A stretch of 62,950 nucleotides of DNA, counting the filler. It is 3 parts of 3 records of this genome, joined end to end, with 100 filler letters (N's around TTAATTAATTAA, not from the genome) between each part and the next. Parts side by side here need not be neighbours in the genome. Positions count along the whole stretch, not along the records: positions 1 to 28,813 come from SRR22947725_991; 2 more parts are not named here. One strand, written 5' to 3'. Each line of letters begins with the position of its first letter. Position 1 is the first letter of the stretch. The notes beneath the pieces are model-generated. The model worked only from the letters and a program-made list of their open reading frames with translations. It ran no database searches and was not told where the DNA came from. Positions 1-10,812 of this stretch are shown one piece after another. The translations under genes and the position numbers were made by a program.

Positions 1-1
1 A

Positions 2-199
2 TTTTATATGGCAACTGGTTTTCATGGTTTTCATGTTCTAGTTGGTACAATATTTTTAACTGTATGTTTGTTTAGGGGGCTTAAAGGACATTTTTCACCA
101 GAGCATCATTTTGGTTTTGAGGCTGCTGCATGGTATTGGCATTTTGTTGACGTGGTTTGGTTATTTTTATTTATTTGCATATACTGGTGGGGAGGTTGA
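2..199 (+). CDS. ctaE: Cytochrome c oxidase subunit III, C-terminal part (5' end cut by window edge)
   Basis: Frame is open from position 2. Contains ATGFHGFHV and [17 protein letters not shown], hallmark COX3 C-terminal motifs, and is followed by SURF1 as in alphaproteobacterial cox operons. Confidence 0.95.
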   Translation, partial: FYMATGFHGFHVLVGTIFLTVCLFRGLKGHFSPEHHFGFEAAAWYWHFVDVVWLFLFICIYWWGG

Positions 200-247
200 T
201 AAGTATAAATTAGTACTTATCAAATAATTGGAGCTTTCAAACAAGTA

Positions 248-1000
248 ATGAACATATATTTCAGGCCAATGTTATGGCCATCAATTGTTTCAGCAATAGT
301 TTTCTTAATTTTGTTATCTTTTGGAACATGGCAAATTAAACGATTATTTTGGAAAGAGGCTTTAATAGAAAGATATTTGTTACAAAGCCAATCTAATCCA
401 ATCAAAGATCAAACTCAATTGAAAAACAATAATGTTGACGAATTTAAATCAATTGAAATTCAAGGATCTTTTTTACATAATAATGAAATATATATTACAG
501 GTAAGACTTTCGAAGGTAATGCAGGCTTCCATGTCATAACCCCTTTTAAACTAAAAAATAACACTGTAATACTAGTTAATAGAGGTTGGGTGTCTGAAGG
601 TTATAGAGACCCTGAAAAGAGAAAATTTAGTTTAATTAAAGATAATATTATTTTGAAGGGTATAATAAGATATCCTCAAAAAAAAGGTTATTTTGTCCCA
701 GAAAACGATGGGAAACAAGGTTTTTGGTTTACAATAAAACCTTTACAAATATTTAATTTTTTAGAACTACGTTTTGATAATTTTATTACAAGTTACTACA
801 TTGACGCATTACGTCAGGGAAAAAAACTAACTCTGCCAATTGGCGTTACAGGTAAACCTAAATTAAGAAATCAACATTTATCATATGCTATAACTTGGTA
901 TGGGTTAGCTTTATCATTGTTGTTTGTATATTTTTCATATCATGTGTCTGTAGGAAGATTGCATTTTAAAAAGAAAGTTTATAATGCTAAATCAGATTAA
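248..1000 (+). CDS. surf1: SURF1 family cytochrome oxidase assembly protein
   Basis: N-terminal TM helix with GTWQIKRLFWK, LVNRGWV motif, C-terminal NQHLSYAITWY plus TM helix; lies next to cox3. Confidence 0.92.
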   Translation: MNIYFRPMLWPSIVSAIVFLILLSFGTWQIKRLFWKEALIERYLLQSQSNPIKDQTQLKNNNVDEFKSIEIQGSFLHNNEIYITGKTFEGNAGFHVITPFKLKNNTVILVNRGWVSEGYRDPEKRKFSLIKDNIILKGIIRYPQKKGYFVPENDGKQGFWFTIKPLQIFNFLELRFDNFITSYYIDALRQGKKLTLPIGVTGKPKLRNQHLSYAITWYGLALSLLFVYFSYHVSVGRLHFKKKVYNAKSD

Positions 1001-2405
1001 ATACTTAAGCACAAGGGGTGGTGAATCTTCGCTCTCATACGAAGATGTTCTCTTATCAGGGTTAGCAAGAGACGGTGGTTTATTTATGCCTGAAGAATGG
1101 CCTAGATTTAGTCTGTCAGATCTTAATGATATGAAAGGCCTTAGTTATGCGGAATTAGCTTGTAAAATTATGAGCCCTTTTATGTCGCCTTGTCTAACTG
1201 AAGATGAAGTCTTAAAAATGTCAGAAGATACTTATTCGAATTTTAATAATCATGATGTGGCGTCATTGCATAAGTTCGAAGATAATTTACATATATTAGA
1301 ATTATTTCATGGTCCAACTTTAGCGTTTAAAGATTATGCTATGCAATTTTTATCTAGAGCTTTTAATAAAGCTCTCCAAAATAAAAACAAAAGAGGAGTT
1401 ATTCTAGGCGCTACTAGTGGTGACACTGGTTCTGCTGCTTTAGAAGCGTTTAAAGGCAAAGAAAATATTGATATTTTTATACTTTTCCCTCACGGAAGGG
1501 TGTCTGAGGTTCAACAAAAACAGATGACTTGGATTAATGAAAAAGGTGCCTATGCACTATCAGTTAAAACAGACTTTGATGGTTGCCAGGAAATAGTCAA
1601 AGACTGTTTTGAAGACTTGACATTTAAAGATCAATATTCTTTGTCAGCTATTAATTCTATAAACTGGGTAAGGCTTTTGCCTCAAATAGTTTATTATTTT
1701 TATTCAGGGTTAAAAGTTGGAGCTCCAGATCAAGAAATTGCTTTTTCAGTTCCTACAGGTAATTTTGGAAACATATTAGCTGGCTGGATGGCTAAAAAAA
1801 TAGGCCTTCCAGTTTCAAAATTAATATGTGGATCAAACCAAAACGATATATTAACAAGGTTTTTTAACAATGGTATAATGGAAAGAAAGAATGTAGTTCC
1901 TTCATTTAGTCCAAGTATGGATATTCAAGTGTCTAGCAATTTTGAAAGATTATTATTTGAAATATGTGATAGAGATCCACTTCGAGTTAAAGAGCAAATG
2001 GACACGTTCAAAAAGACTGGTAGTTTTCAAATTTCACAAAATGAAATGTCAAAAGTAAGTAATTTATTTTCAGCTTACATGGTGTCAAACGATGAAACCT
2101 TAGATATAATTAAAAAAGCATACACAAATTACAATTATATTTTAGATCCGCATAGTGCTGTAGGTTATGGGGCTGCTCAGAAGGCTTTAAATGATAAAAT
2201 AATAAATCATGATATGCCGTTAGTTTCGCTCGCTTGTGCGCATCCTGCTAAGTTTCCAGATATAATAAGCAAAGCTAATAACATTCTACCAGAACTTCCA
2301 CCTCACCTGAAATTTATGATGTCAAGTGAGGAAAAATTTCAAATTATAGATCCAAGCGTCTTAGACGTTCAACATTTTATTAAATCTAATGTGAGACTGA
2401 TATGA
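984..2405 (+). CDS. thrC: Threonine synthase
   Basis: YLSTRG, GLARDGGLFMP, ELFHGPTLAFKD (PLP lysine), ATSGDTG, NSINWVR and VPTGNFGN motifs. Confidence 0.96.
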   Translation: MLNQIKYLSTRGGESSLSYEDVLLSGLARDGGLFMPEEWPRFSLSDLNDMKGLSYAELACKIMSPFMSPCLTEDEVLKMSEDTYSNFNNHDVASLHKFEDNLHILELFHGPTLAFKDYAMQFLSRAFNKALQNKNKRGVILGATSGDTGSAALEAFKGKENIDIFILFPHGRVSEVQQKQMTWINEKGAYALSVKTDFDGCQEIVKDCFEDLTFKDQYSLSAINSINWVRLLPQIVYYFYSGLKVGAPDQEIAFSVPTGNFGNILAGWMAKKIGLPVSKLICGSNQNDILTRFFNNGIMERKNVVPSFSPSMDIQVSSNFERLLFEICDRDPLRVKEQMDTFKKTGSFQISQNEMSKVSNLFSAYMVSNDETLDIIKKAYTNYNYILDPHSAVGYGAAQKALNDKIINHDMPLVSLACAHPAKFPDIISKANNILPELPPHLKFMMSSEEKFQIIDPSVLDVQHFIKSNVRLI

Positions 2406-3658
2406 ACGCAAATTACAAAATTCTAGATACTGGATTAACAGTGATTACAGATCCAATTGATATTAAAAGTACTTCTATTGGTGTGTGGGTTGGAGCTGGA
2501 AGTTCAAAAGAAACTTTAGATCAATGTGGGATTGCTCATATGTTAGAACATATGGCTTTTAAAGGTACTAAAAATAGAAATGCAGAAACAATAGCTAGAG
2601 AGATAGAAGACGTAGGTGGTGATATAAATGCTTATACAAGTAAAGAAGTAACAGCTTACTATTTAAAGGTACTTCATGAAAACACAAAATTAGGTGTTGA
2701 TATTTTATCAGACATAATAAAAAACTCAACATTACCCAAAGATGAAATAGAACGAGAAAGAGGTGTTATAATATCAGAAATTGGACAATCTTTTGACGCT
2801 CCAGACGATAGGGTATTTGAAAATTTTACTTCAACTGCTTTTAAAGATCAATCTATTGGGCGACCTATATTAGGAACAAAAGAAACGGTAAGTAACTTCA
2901 AACAATCTGACCTTGCATCATTTTTTACTAAGCATTATGCCCCTGAAAATATGGTAGTAGTTGCTTCTGGCAATGTTAAATCAGAATGGCTTTATAAAAA
3001 TGTTGAAGAGAAATTTTCGGGTATCAAACATAATTATCAACATACTAAAATCAAAGCTGATTGGAAGACAGGATTTTGTGGTGAGGATAGAGAATTAGAA
3101 CAAACTCAATTAGTTTTAGGTATTGAAGGTTTAAATAATATAGATGTTGATAGGTACTCACTTCGAGCATTAGCAATTATTCTTGGTGGTGGAATGTCCT
3201 CAAGGCTATTTCAAGAGATAAGAGAAAAAAGGGGACTATGTTATTCAATCTTTGCTTTTACTCAGATGCAAATTTCATCAGGTGTGTTTGGTTTTTACGC
3301 AGGAACTTCACCTGAAGATGGAAATAATTTATTAGATGCAAGCTTAAATGAATTGAAAAAAATCAAGAATTCTATTACTGAGTCTGAGCTTCTCAGAGCA
3401 AAAGCTCAAATGCGTTCTGGGTTCATAATGGGTCAAGAAAGTAATAACTCAAGGGCTGAATATTTAGCTAAAAGTATGATTAATTTTAGGAAATTAATAA
3501 CAGCTAAAGAAGTTTTAGAAGAAATAGACAATATATCTATAAGTTCAATTCAAAATGTAATTGATAGATTATTTAGTTCAGCAGAACCTGTTTTATCAGT
3601 AATAGGTCCTAATGCTTCATCTTATGAAAATCTAGATATTATGTCTTTATTACAATAG
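2402..3658 (+). CDS. M16 family zinc peptidase (MPP-like)
   Basis: Inverted zinc motif HMLEH (HXXEH), NAYTS, GGGMSSRLFQEIREKRGLCYSI; ATGA overlap with thrC, the usual alphaproteobacterial synteny. Confidence 0.92.
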   Translation: MNANYKILDTGLTVITDPIDIKSTSIGVWVGAGSSKETLDQCGIAHMLEHMAFKGTKNRNAETIAREIEDVGGDINAYTSKEVTAYYLKVLHENTKLGVDILSDIIKNSTLPKDEIERERGVIISEIGQSFDAPDDRVFENFTSTAFKDQSIGRPILGTKETVSNFKQSDLASFFTKHYAPENMVVVASGNVKSEWLYKNVEEKFSGIKHNYQHTKIKADWKTGFCGEDRELEQTQLVLGIEGLNNIDVDRYSLRALAIILGGGMSSRLFQEIREKRGLCYSIFAFTQMQISSGVFGFYAGTSPEDGNNLLDASLNELKKIKNSITESELLRAKAQMRSGFIMGQESNNSRAEYLAKSMINFRKLITAKEVLEEIDNISISSIQNVIDRLFSSAEPVLSVIGPNASSYENLDIMSLLQ

Positions 3659-3664
3659 AAACAA

Positions 3665-4225
3665 TCAGGCTTTTCCTGAAAAATTTACTAATTTATTGGG
3701 ATCTATACCTATATCAATAAGTGATTTATTCCATAAAGATGTTTTTGTATCTTTATAAAATATTAAATTTTTGTTTGAATTTGTGATTATCCATGAATTT
3801 TGTAATATTTCATTATTAAGTTGTCCTTGATCCCAAACTGCACAACCAAGGAATATCCTTGTGTCTACGGGAGATAAACCATTTGAAACGTCTTTCAAAA
3901 TATCTTCTGAAGTGGTTATACAAACTTCTTCTAAGATTGTTTCAGATGTTTTATACTTTTTTTCATTGGAATGTATTATAAATCCTTGATTAATATGTAC
4001 GGGGCCACCAAAGAAAGTTGTTTCAGTCTTAATATCGGATTTACCATTTATTTTCATTTTTTTTAAAAGTTGTTGTGTATCGAAATTATAAAGAGGTTTA
4101 TTTAATATTAAGCCCATAGTCGCGTAGTTGGAATGTTCACAGATTAAAATAACTGCGTTACGAAACCTTATATCTTCTAAGCCTGGAGAAGCAATTAAAA
4201 GTTTACCTAAGAACTCTTGATCCAT
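3665..4225 (-). CDS. YqgE/AlgH family protein (DUF179)
   Basis: LLIASP, F..AVILICEH, GLILNKP, FFGGPV, W..GQL..EI..NSW and C-terminal GKA pattern. Confidence 0.88.
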   Translation of the reverse strand: MDQEFLGKLLIASPGLEDIRFRNAVILICEHSNYATMGLILNKPLYNFDTQQLLKKMKINGKSDIKTETTFFGGPVHINQGFIIHSNEKKYKTSETILEEVCITTSEDILKDVSNGLSPVDTRIFLGCAVWDQGQLNNEILQNSWIITNSNKNLIFYKDTKTSLWNKSLIDIGIDPNKLVNFSGKA

Positions 4226-4277
4226 ATATGTTATTCCAATAAGTTAATTATATTTAAATAATATCCGAAAAGAAATA

Positions 4278-6260
4278 ATGTACAATCATGTAATTAATTT
4301 GAATTTTAAAAAAACAGTAATCATTTTTCTAAGTTTTATATTTTTTTATATTGTAAATTTGGGTGTTTGTTTTTCTAATGTTCTATTGCCAAATAAATTT
4401 TTTGAAAATAATGAAAATTATAATTTTGTTCAATTTGATCTTTTGTTTGGAAAAAAATACGAGCAAGAACCTTCAAAAATATTATTAGGTTTAAAAGTAA
4501 CATTATCTCCCAAATGGAAAATATATTGGAGAAATCCTGGTGATGCAGGGCTCCCTCCTGAAATAAATACTCAAAGTACTAATAACATTAAATCTGCTGA
4601 TTTGTTGTTTCCATCTCCTAAAAGGTTTAATTTTTACGATATAGAAACTTTTGGTTATGATGAGGAAGTGATTTTTCCTTTGATAATTAAGTCATTAGAT
4701 AACTCTAATAGTATATCAGGTATATTAGAATTAAATGCTCAAGTATGTTCTGAAATTTGTGTTCCAGTTAATCATAAATTTAATTTATCAAACATAAATT
4801 ATTCTAATAATATTTCATCAAGTTTAGAAAAAATTTTGTTGTATAATTCAACAGTTCCAAAACTTCTAAAAAATAATCAGTTAAAACTTATGTCAACCGT
4901 TGTTGAAAATAATAAACTCAAATTAAGTTTTCTTAATGATCTTAACATCAAACCTACTGATATTATTGTTGAAGATATCGAAGGTAATATTTATCAAAAA
5001 CCAATTTATTCATCAAGAAATAAAACTTTAGAAGTAATCATAGATATTAATACGATTAATGCAGATTTTCTAAAAAAATATATAAAATTAACATTTTTAA
5101 CAAACGATATTAGTTATGAAACTATAATTACAAATTCTATAAAATTAAAAAATAACAATCTAGATTATAAAAATAATTCAAATTCAAATTCATATTTAGG
5201 TTTTGAAATAATTGTGATTGCATTCTTAGGCGGTATAATTTTAAATTTTATGCCATGTGTCTTGCCTATACTATCTCTAAAAATGGTTCAGTTAGTTAGT
5301 TATAGAACTATAAAAAAAAATATTTATACGAATAAAATATTTTTTAATATATTAGGAATATTAACGACTTTTTTACTGTTTGCGATAACTGCTCATCTAA
5401 TTAAAACTGCAGGCAATCTGATTGGTTGGGGAATACAATTCCAAAATCCGTATTTCATTTTTTTTATGATTATACTAACATTGTTTTTTTCATTAAATTT
5501 ATTTGGTGTTTTTCAATACTTTATACCGTCAAAAATTTTAACTGTTCTATCTTATAGAAAAGAAGGTTTTATAGGAGATTTTTTAACGGGTATGTCTTTA
5601 ACTCTTTTAGCAACTCCTTGCACAGCGCCTCTTGTTGGAACAGCAATAGGGTTTGCTTTATCAGGAAATGCTGCACAAATTTATACAATTCTTTTGATTA
5701 TGGGAATAGGCTTATCAACCCCGCTCATATTAATATTGGTATTTCCAAAAATAATCTCATTTATTCCAAAACCTGGTAATTGGTTAATTATATTTAAAAA
5801 AATAATGGGTTTGTTGCTTTTGTTAACTACTGTATGGCTTATTAGCATTTTTGTAGAATTGAATAGTAACACAAATAAAAATTCTAAAAATTATAGTGAT
5901 AATGAATTAATAATTAATTGGGATATAGATAATAATTTCAATTTACCAGACGAATTAGTAAAAAAAGGAAATATTGTCTTTGTAGATGTTACGGCTGATT
6001 GGTGTTTAACATGTTTGGTTAATAAAAGTTTAGTTTTAGATACAGAACGAGTAAATCAATTATTTATAGAAAATAATGTTATTACTCTCCGTTTAGATTG
6101 GACAAAGCCGAATGAACATATAAAAAAATTTCTAGTAACTAATGGTCGATTTGGTATTCCATTTAATAAAATGTATGGGCCATCAATAAGTAATGGAAGA
6201 ATTTTACCTGAACTTTTGAGTTTAAAAATAATAAGAGAATATATTGAGATTGCTAAATAA
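4278..6260 (+). CDS. DsbD/ScsB-like protein-disulfide reductase (N-domain, TM domain, thioredoxin domain)
   Basis: WKIYWRNPGDAG and CSEIC in the N-domain, NFMPCVLP and ATPCTAP TM cysteines, ADWCLTC thioredoxin motif; exact start uncertain. Confidence 0.88.
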   Translation: MYNHVINLNFKKTVIIFLSFIFFYIVNLGVCFSNVLLPNKFFENNENYNFVQFDLLFGKKYEQEPSKILLGLKVTLSPKWKIYWRNPGDAGLPPEINTQSTNNIKSADLLFPSPKRFNFYDIETFGYDEEVIFPLIIKSLDNSNSISGILELNAQVCSEICVPVNHKFNLSNINYSNNISSSLEKILLYNSTVPKLLKNNQLKLMSTVVENNKLKLSFLNDLNIKPTDIIVEDIEGNIYQKPIYSSRNKTLEVIIDINTINADFLKKYIKLTFLTNDISYETIITNSIKLKNNNLDYKNNSNSNSYLGFEIIVIAFLGGIILNFMPCVLPILSLKMVQLVSYRTIKKNIYTNKIFFNILGILTTFLLFAITAHLIKTAGNLIGWGIQFQNPYFIFFMIILTLFFSLNLFGVFQYFIPSKILTVLSYRKEGFIGDFLTGMSLTLLATPCTAPLVGTAIGFALSGNAAQIYTILLIMGIGLSTPLILILVFPKIISFIPKPGNWLIIFKKIMGLLLLLTTVWLISIFVELNSNTNKNSKNYSDNELIINWDIDNNFNLPDELVKKGNIVFVDVTADWCLTCLVNKSLVLDTERVNQLFIENNVITLRLDWTKPNEHIKKFLVTNGRFGIPFNKMYGPSISNGRILPELLSLKIIREYIEIAK

Positions 6261-6319
6261 ACTTATTTTAAAATTTTTGTAAATAGTTTAATTATATTAA
6301 TACTATAAGGGGTCATAAA

Positions 6320-6799
6320 ATGTCGATTAAAATTGGAGATAAATTTCCTGAAGGTGTATTTAGAGTAAAAGGTAGTGATGGTATAAAAGAAATTACTACA
6401 GATGAATATTTTGCAAATAAAAAGGTTGTTTTGTTTGCATTGCCAGGAGCGTTTACGCCTACTTGTTCAGCTAAACATTTACCTGGCTTTATTAATAAAG
6501 TTAGTTCATTTATTGATAAGGGTATCTCAAATATTGCATGCATGGCCGTAAATGACCCTCATGTGATGTACGCTTGGGGAGAAGCCAGCGGTGTTGATAA
6601 TAAAATAGACATGTTATCAGACTCTGATTGTTCTGTTGCTGTATCTCTAGGTTTAGACATGGACTTTGGTAAAGTTATGGGGCATAGGTCAAAAAGATTT
6701 GCAATGATAGTTGATGGTAATATTATCACTCACCTTTTTGTAGAGGAAGTTGGAGCCTTTGAAGTTTCATCTGCTGAAAATGTACTTAGTAATTTATAA
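6320..6799 (+). CDS. Peroxiredoxin (Prx5/AHP1 type)
   Basis: PGAFTPTCSAKHLP peroxidatic motif, VNDPHVM, RSKRFAMIV. Confidence 0.93.
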   Translation: MSIKIGDKFPEGVFRVKGSDGIKEITTDEYFANKKVVLFALPGAFTPTCSAKHLPGFINKVSSFIDKGISNIACMAVNDPHVMYAWGEASGVDNKIDMLSDSDCSVAVSLGLDMDFGKVMGHRSKRFAMIVDGNIITHLFVEEVGAFEVSSAENVLSNL

Positions 6800-6819
6800 T
6801 AATCTTTTTATCTTATAAT

Positions 6820-7257
6820 TTAAATATTCATAGCTTTTACAGCAAGTTGGTCTGCAATTTCATTATAATGATTACCTGAGTGTCCTTTAACCCAAAACCA
6901 TTGTACATTATGGAATTGAACTATTTTATCTAGTTCAATCCATAGTTCTTTGTTTGCTACAGGCTTTTTATTGGCAGTTTTCCATCCATTATTTTTCCAA
7001 TTAATTATCCATATATTAATACCATTCTTTACATATTGTGAATCTGTGTATAATTCAATTTCACTTGGTTTATTAATTGATTTAAGAGATTCTATTGTAG
7101 CAGTTAGTTCCATCTTATTATTTGTGGTTACGTTTTCTGCACCAGACAAATATTTTTCTTCACCGGTATTTCGATTTATTAAAACAGCTCCCCATCCACC
7201 TATTCCAGGGTTACCAGAACAAGCACCATCAGTATAAATCTGTAATTTATTATTCAT
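6820..7257 (-). CDS. rnhA: Ribonuclease HI
   Basis: [40 protein letters not shown] (catalytic D/E/D/D). Confidence 0.96.
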   Translation of the reverse strand: MNNKLQIYTDGACSGNPGIGGWGAVLINRNTGEEKYLSGAENVTTNNKMELTATIESLKSINKPSEIELYTDSQYVKNGINIWIINWKNNGWKTANKKPVANKELWIELDKIVQFHNVQWFWVKGHSGNHYNEIADQLAVKAMNI

Positions 7258-8237
7258 TTTAGGCTCTCATCATAATTTTGATTAATTACAAGCTGTTTAT
7301 GGTGTCTTAACTTTATTATGTACTCGTTTGGATTTTTAGGAACGACAGAAGCACTTTTAGGAGTATGAACCCAATCGTATAACCTTGTTAGTAAGAACCT
7401 CATTGCAGCTGCCTGACAAAGGAGTGGCAAATAAAATAGTTCTTTTGTACTTAAGTTTCTTAAAGAACAATAACCTTTAATTAATTTATCAAATTTTTTA
7501 TTATTAAATGTTTGATTATCTTCAAAGCACCAAGCGTTTACAGCTATAGCAAGGTCATAAGCAAGGATATCATTACAGGAAAAATAAAAATCTATAACAC
7601 CAGATATTTTATTATCATCAAAAAAAATATTATCTGGGAACAAGTCTGCATGGATAAAGCCTTGAGGTAATGCATTAGGCCAATATTTTTTACAGAAGTT
7701 AAATGAATCTTGTATTTCTTCTAATATATTAGGTTCTATCTTATTTAAAGTACTAGTAGGTATGGTCTCACTACAATTTTTTATTAACTCATCCCAGCCT
7801 GATATTGAAAGTGAATTTTTCCTTCTTCCTTGGAAGTTATTACTTTTAATATGCATAGAGGCCATATAAGAACCTACGTTGAAACAGTCTTCTTTTGTTA
7901 CTATCGTTTTAGATTTCCCATTAAGAAAACTCACTATAATAGCCGGTTTATTTTGTAAATGTTGGAGATAGTTTTCCTGAATATCCATAATAGGGTTTGG
8001 ACAAAGAAACTCTCGACTACTTAAATATTTCATAATATTTATAAAAAAAGGAATATCTTGTTGATCAACTCTTTTTTCAAAAATTGTAAGAATATACTTA
8101 CCTTTTGAAGTTTCTAAATAAAAATTACTATTTTCAATTCCCTCAGTTATTCCATTAAAATGAATTAATGTTCCAATGTTATATAATTTTAGAAAATCAA
8201 TTATTTGTTCTTCATTTAATTTAGTATAAACAGCCAA
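7254..8237 (-). CDS. thrB: Homoserine kinase, type II (APH fold)
   Basis: MAVYT start (TTG), [33 protein letters not shown]; ispH-thrB-rnhA synteny. Confidence 0.93.
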   Translation of the reverse strand: MAVYTKLNEEQIIDFLKLYNIGTLIHFNGITEGIENSNFYLETSKGKYILTIFEKRVDQQDIPFFINIMKYLSSREFLCPNPIMDIQENYLQHLQNKPAIIVSFLNGKSKTIVTKEDCFNVGSYMASMHIKSNNFQGRRKNSLSISGWDELIKNCSETIPTSTLNKIEPNILEEIQDSFNFCKKYWPNALPQGFIHADLFPDNIFFDDNKISGVIDFYFSCNDILAYDLAIAVNAWCFEDNQTFNNKKFDKLIKGYCSLRNLSTKELFYLPLLCQAAAMRFLLTRLYDWVHTPKSASVVPKNPNEYIIKLRHHKQLVINQNYDESLK

Positions 8238-8255
8238 TTTTAAATCCTAGTTACT

Positions 8256-9209
8256 TTATCTTAACATTTTAGGTAAATTGAATTTTACATTTTCTTTTGT
8301 CACTTCATGATCTAAGAGATTAACTTCAAAGTTTTTCTTTAGCTTTGATATTAACACTTGAACTAATGTTTCTGGAGCTGATGCTCCTGCTGTTAAACCT
8401 ATATTTGGCGTAGTATGGGCTTCAAAAGTATTGAGAAACTCTTCTAATGTCTCTATGTCTGGTATGAGTTTAGCTACTTTAACACCGTGAGCTATAGCTA
8501 CTTCAACTAATCGCAAAGAATTAGATGAGTTTTTTGCACCAATTACTAAAATTATATCACAAAGTTTAGCCATAGATTTAACAGCAGTTTGCCTATTAGT
8601 AGTAGCGTAACAAATATCTTCAGAGTTAGGTCCCTTAATATCTGGAAATCTTGATTTTAAAATTTTAAGAATTGTTGCCGTGTCATCCAACGAAAGTGTT
8701 GTTTGTGTTGCATAGGCTATTTTTTGGGTTTCTGATACTTTAACATTAAGCGCGTCTTCTTCTGTCTCAATTAAAGTAACAAATTCCTTTGGCACTTGTC
8801 CCATTGTGCCAGTAACTTCAGGATGATTTTTATGACCAACTAGTAAAATATGTCTTCCAAGATTGTAGTGTCTTACCGTTTCATTGTGTACTTTAGTAAC
8901 TAAAGGACATGTTGCATCAATAGATATCATTTTTCTTTGATTAGCCTCATTAATAACAGATTTTGCAACGCCGTGGGCTGAAAATATTATTGGTCTATCA
9001 ACTGGAGCTTCATTAACCTCTTCAACAAATACAGCTCCTATTTTAGCCAAAGAGTTAACCACGTCCTTATTATGAACTATTTCGTGTCTTACATAGACGG
9101 GTGAACCAAATTTTTTAATTGTTTCCTCAACAATTTTTACAGCTCTGTCAACACCAGCACAAAAACCTCTTGGAGATGCTAAATATAAATTTATATTTTG
9201 TTTCTTCAT
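8256..9209 (-). CDS. ispH: 4-hydroxy-3-methylbut-2-enyl diphosphate reductase
   Basis: PRGFCAGV, HEIVHN, DATCPLV, HPEV, ICYATTNRQ, SSNS and TAGASAPE motifs with three Fe-S cysteines. Confidence 0.96.
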   Translation of the reverse strand: MKKQNINLYLASPRGFCAGVDRAVKIVEETIKKFGSPVYVRHEIVHNKDVVNSLAKIGAVFVEEVNEAPVDRPIIFSAHGVAKSVINEANQRKMISIDATCPLVTKVHNETVRHYNLGRHILLVGHKNHPEVTGTMGQVPKEFVTLIETEEDALNVKVSETQKIAYATQTTLSLDDTATILKILKSRFPDIKGPNSEDICYATTNRQTAVKSMAKLCDIILVIGAKNSSNSLRLVEVAIAHGVKVAKLIPDIETLEEFLNTFEAHTTPNIGLTAGASAPETLVQVLISKLKKNFEVNLLDHEVTKENVKFNLPKMLR

Positions 9210-9296
9210 ACATAACTTTTGATGTATTACATTGTATACGTCAATAGAGATTAATGACGTTTTGACTTTTTTATATATATAGGGGTAATTATTTTG

Positions 9297-9722
9297 ATGA
9301 ATCGTTTTATTTTTCCTTTTTTATTAATGTTTTCAGGTTGTTCAACATTTAAGCAGGAAGTTGTAGATTGTCCAAAATTAACTTCACCTAAAAGTGCTGC
9401 TGAAATAATAGCTAAGTCTGAGAACCAGTCACCCGTTTATATTGGAATTAGAGGAATTACAACATACTGTTCGAAGGCTTCCCAACATATTGAGATGAGT
9501 GTGTCTGTAAACATAAGGGCTATTAGAAAAGACATAACCATAGATGATTATGTTCCCCTTAAGTTATCAATTGTGTCTGTTGATAAAGACTTTAATGAGT
9601 ACGATCGCGATGAACTATCATATTCACAATTTTTATTATTAGGAAGCAAAACCGTTGACAGAAAAACTGAGCTTAATCTAGACGTCCCAAGGGATGGAGA
9701 AGTTTTTCTAGGAATCAAATAA
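9297..9722 (+). CDS. Hypothetical lipoprotein
   Basis: Hydrophobic signal ending in a lipobox-like FSGC; fills the gap between ispH and atpF; GGGG RBS-like sequence upstream. No family recognised. Confidence 0.6.
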   Translation: MNRFIFPFLLMFSGCSTFKQEVVDCPKLTSPKSAAEIIAKSENQSPVYIGIRGITTYCSKASQHIEMSVSVNIRAIRKDITIDDYVPLKLSIVSVDKDFNEYDRDELSYSQFLLLGSKTVDRKTELNLDVPRDGEVFLGIK

Positions 9723-9724
9723 TA

Positions 9725-10210
9725 TTAGTTTAAAAAAGATGATTTTATTTGATTTGAAGATTTACTAATAATATTATTATTTTCTTTTTTATCCAAATTA
9801 GATTCTATAAAAACTTTAGAAGATTCTATAATTATAGACCCTGTTATCTTTTTAATATTATTTACAGCCTCTGTTTCTAATGCCATTATTTTTTGCTTAG
9901 CCTGCTCTTCCCTTCGTTTAATTATTTCTGAACAACTAACATTAGCATCTTCTCGAATTTTTTTGGCAGCATCTTGTGCATCCTTAATGATTTGTTCGGC
10001 TTCATTAGAAATATTTTTTTGAGACTGTAAAGATTTTCTTAATTCTTCTAGTGCTTCTTCTTTAAGTGATTTAGCTTCTTTTAATTCATTTTCAATTAAT
10101 AGTGATCTACTATCTAAAATTCCTGTAATTGCTCTACTGGCTTTTCTCCATACCAATGCTATAAAGATTACAAAAGCTATAGCAACCCATGCTGTTTCAT
10201 CAAAATACAT
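9725..10210 (-). CDS. atpF: F0F1 ATP synthase subunit b
   Basis: N-terminal TM helix (ETAWVAIAFVIF) followed by LDSRS and a long charged coiled coil; last gene of the F0 operon. Confidence 0.88.
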   Translation of the reverse strand: MYFDETAWVAIAFVIFIALVWRKASRAITGILDSRSLLIENELKEAKSLKEEALEELRKSLQSQKNISNEAEQIIKDAQDAAKKIREDANVSCSEIIKRREEQAKQKIMALETEAVNNIKKITGSIIIESSKVFIESNLDKKENNNIISKSSNQIKSSFLN

Positions 10211-10212
10211 TT

Positions 10213-10794
10213 TTATTTCTCCGTTAATATGTTTTTAGATGCGGCTTTTACAACTTGTTTGAGATTAGCTTTATCATGATTGATATTTGTAAATTTTTTA
10301 ACTATTTCAATAATTATTTCATCAGCACTATTTACAATGTCAGAAATTATATCTTTCTGTAATTCTTGAATATTTTTGTCGGCCTTAGATATTTTTGAGT
10401 TAATTTTTTTAGCAATGTCATGTTCTGTTTTTTCTATAGATAACTTAGAATCAGACAAAGCTTCATTAATAAGCTTTTGTGATCTAAATTTAATATCTTT
10501 TTGATGATCTATTATTTCTTGTTTAATCTTCTCATTTTCTTGAGTAGACGCTTTTGCCTTAACTAAGTCATTTTGTATATTAGTTTCTCTTAAATTTAAT
10601 ATTGATTTGATATTAGGCGTAACCAAGAAGCTCATCAAAAAGTACCCAATAATTAAAGATATCACTGCCCAAAACATAAGGGATGGATATGTACTTAAAT
10701 CTAATTGAGGAAGTCCAGCCTTTGTATCACTTGCATGAACAATACTTGAACTCATTAAAGTAAAATAAAAAAATAACTTTATAAAGTATGACAT
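10213..10794 (-). CDS. atpF2: F0F1 ATP synthase subunit b'
   Basis: GLPQLD..TYPS.MFW motif typical of alphaproteobacterial b', then TM helix and coiled coil; between atpE and atpF. Confidence 0.87.
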   Translation of the reverse strand: MSYFIKLFFYFTLMSSSIVHASDTKAGLPQLDLSTYPSLMFWAVISLIIGYFLMSFLVTPNIKSILNLRETNIQNDLVKAKASTQENEKIKQEIIDHQKDIKFRSQKLINEALSDSKLSIEKTEHDIAKKINSKISKADKNIQELQKDIISDIVNSADEIIIEIVKKFTNINHDKANLKQVVKAASKNILTEK

Positions 10795-10812
10795 TTAATA
10801 ATCTTTAAATTT

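Noticed and set aside
5130-5200. Asn-rich low-complexity stretch in the DsbD-like gene as a tandem repeat
   Set aside because: It is an inter-domain linker shaped by AT bias, with no regular repeat unit.
9238-9260. ACGTCA-N11-TGACGT palindrome between ispH and the lipoprotein gene
   Set aside because: Only 6 bp per arm and readily explained by back-to-back -35-like elements of divergent promoters.
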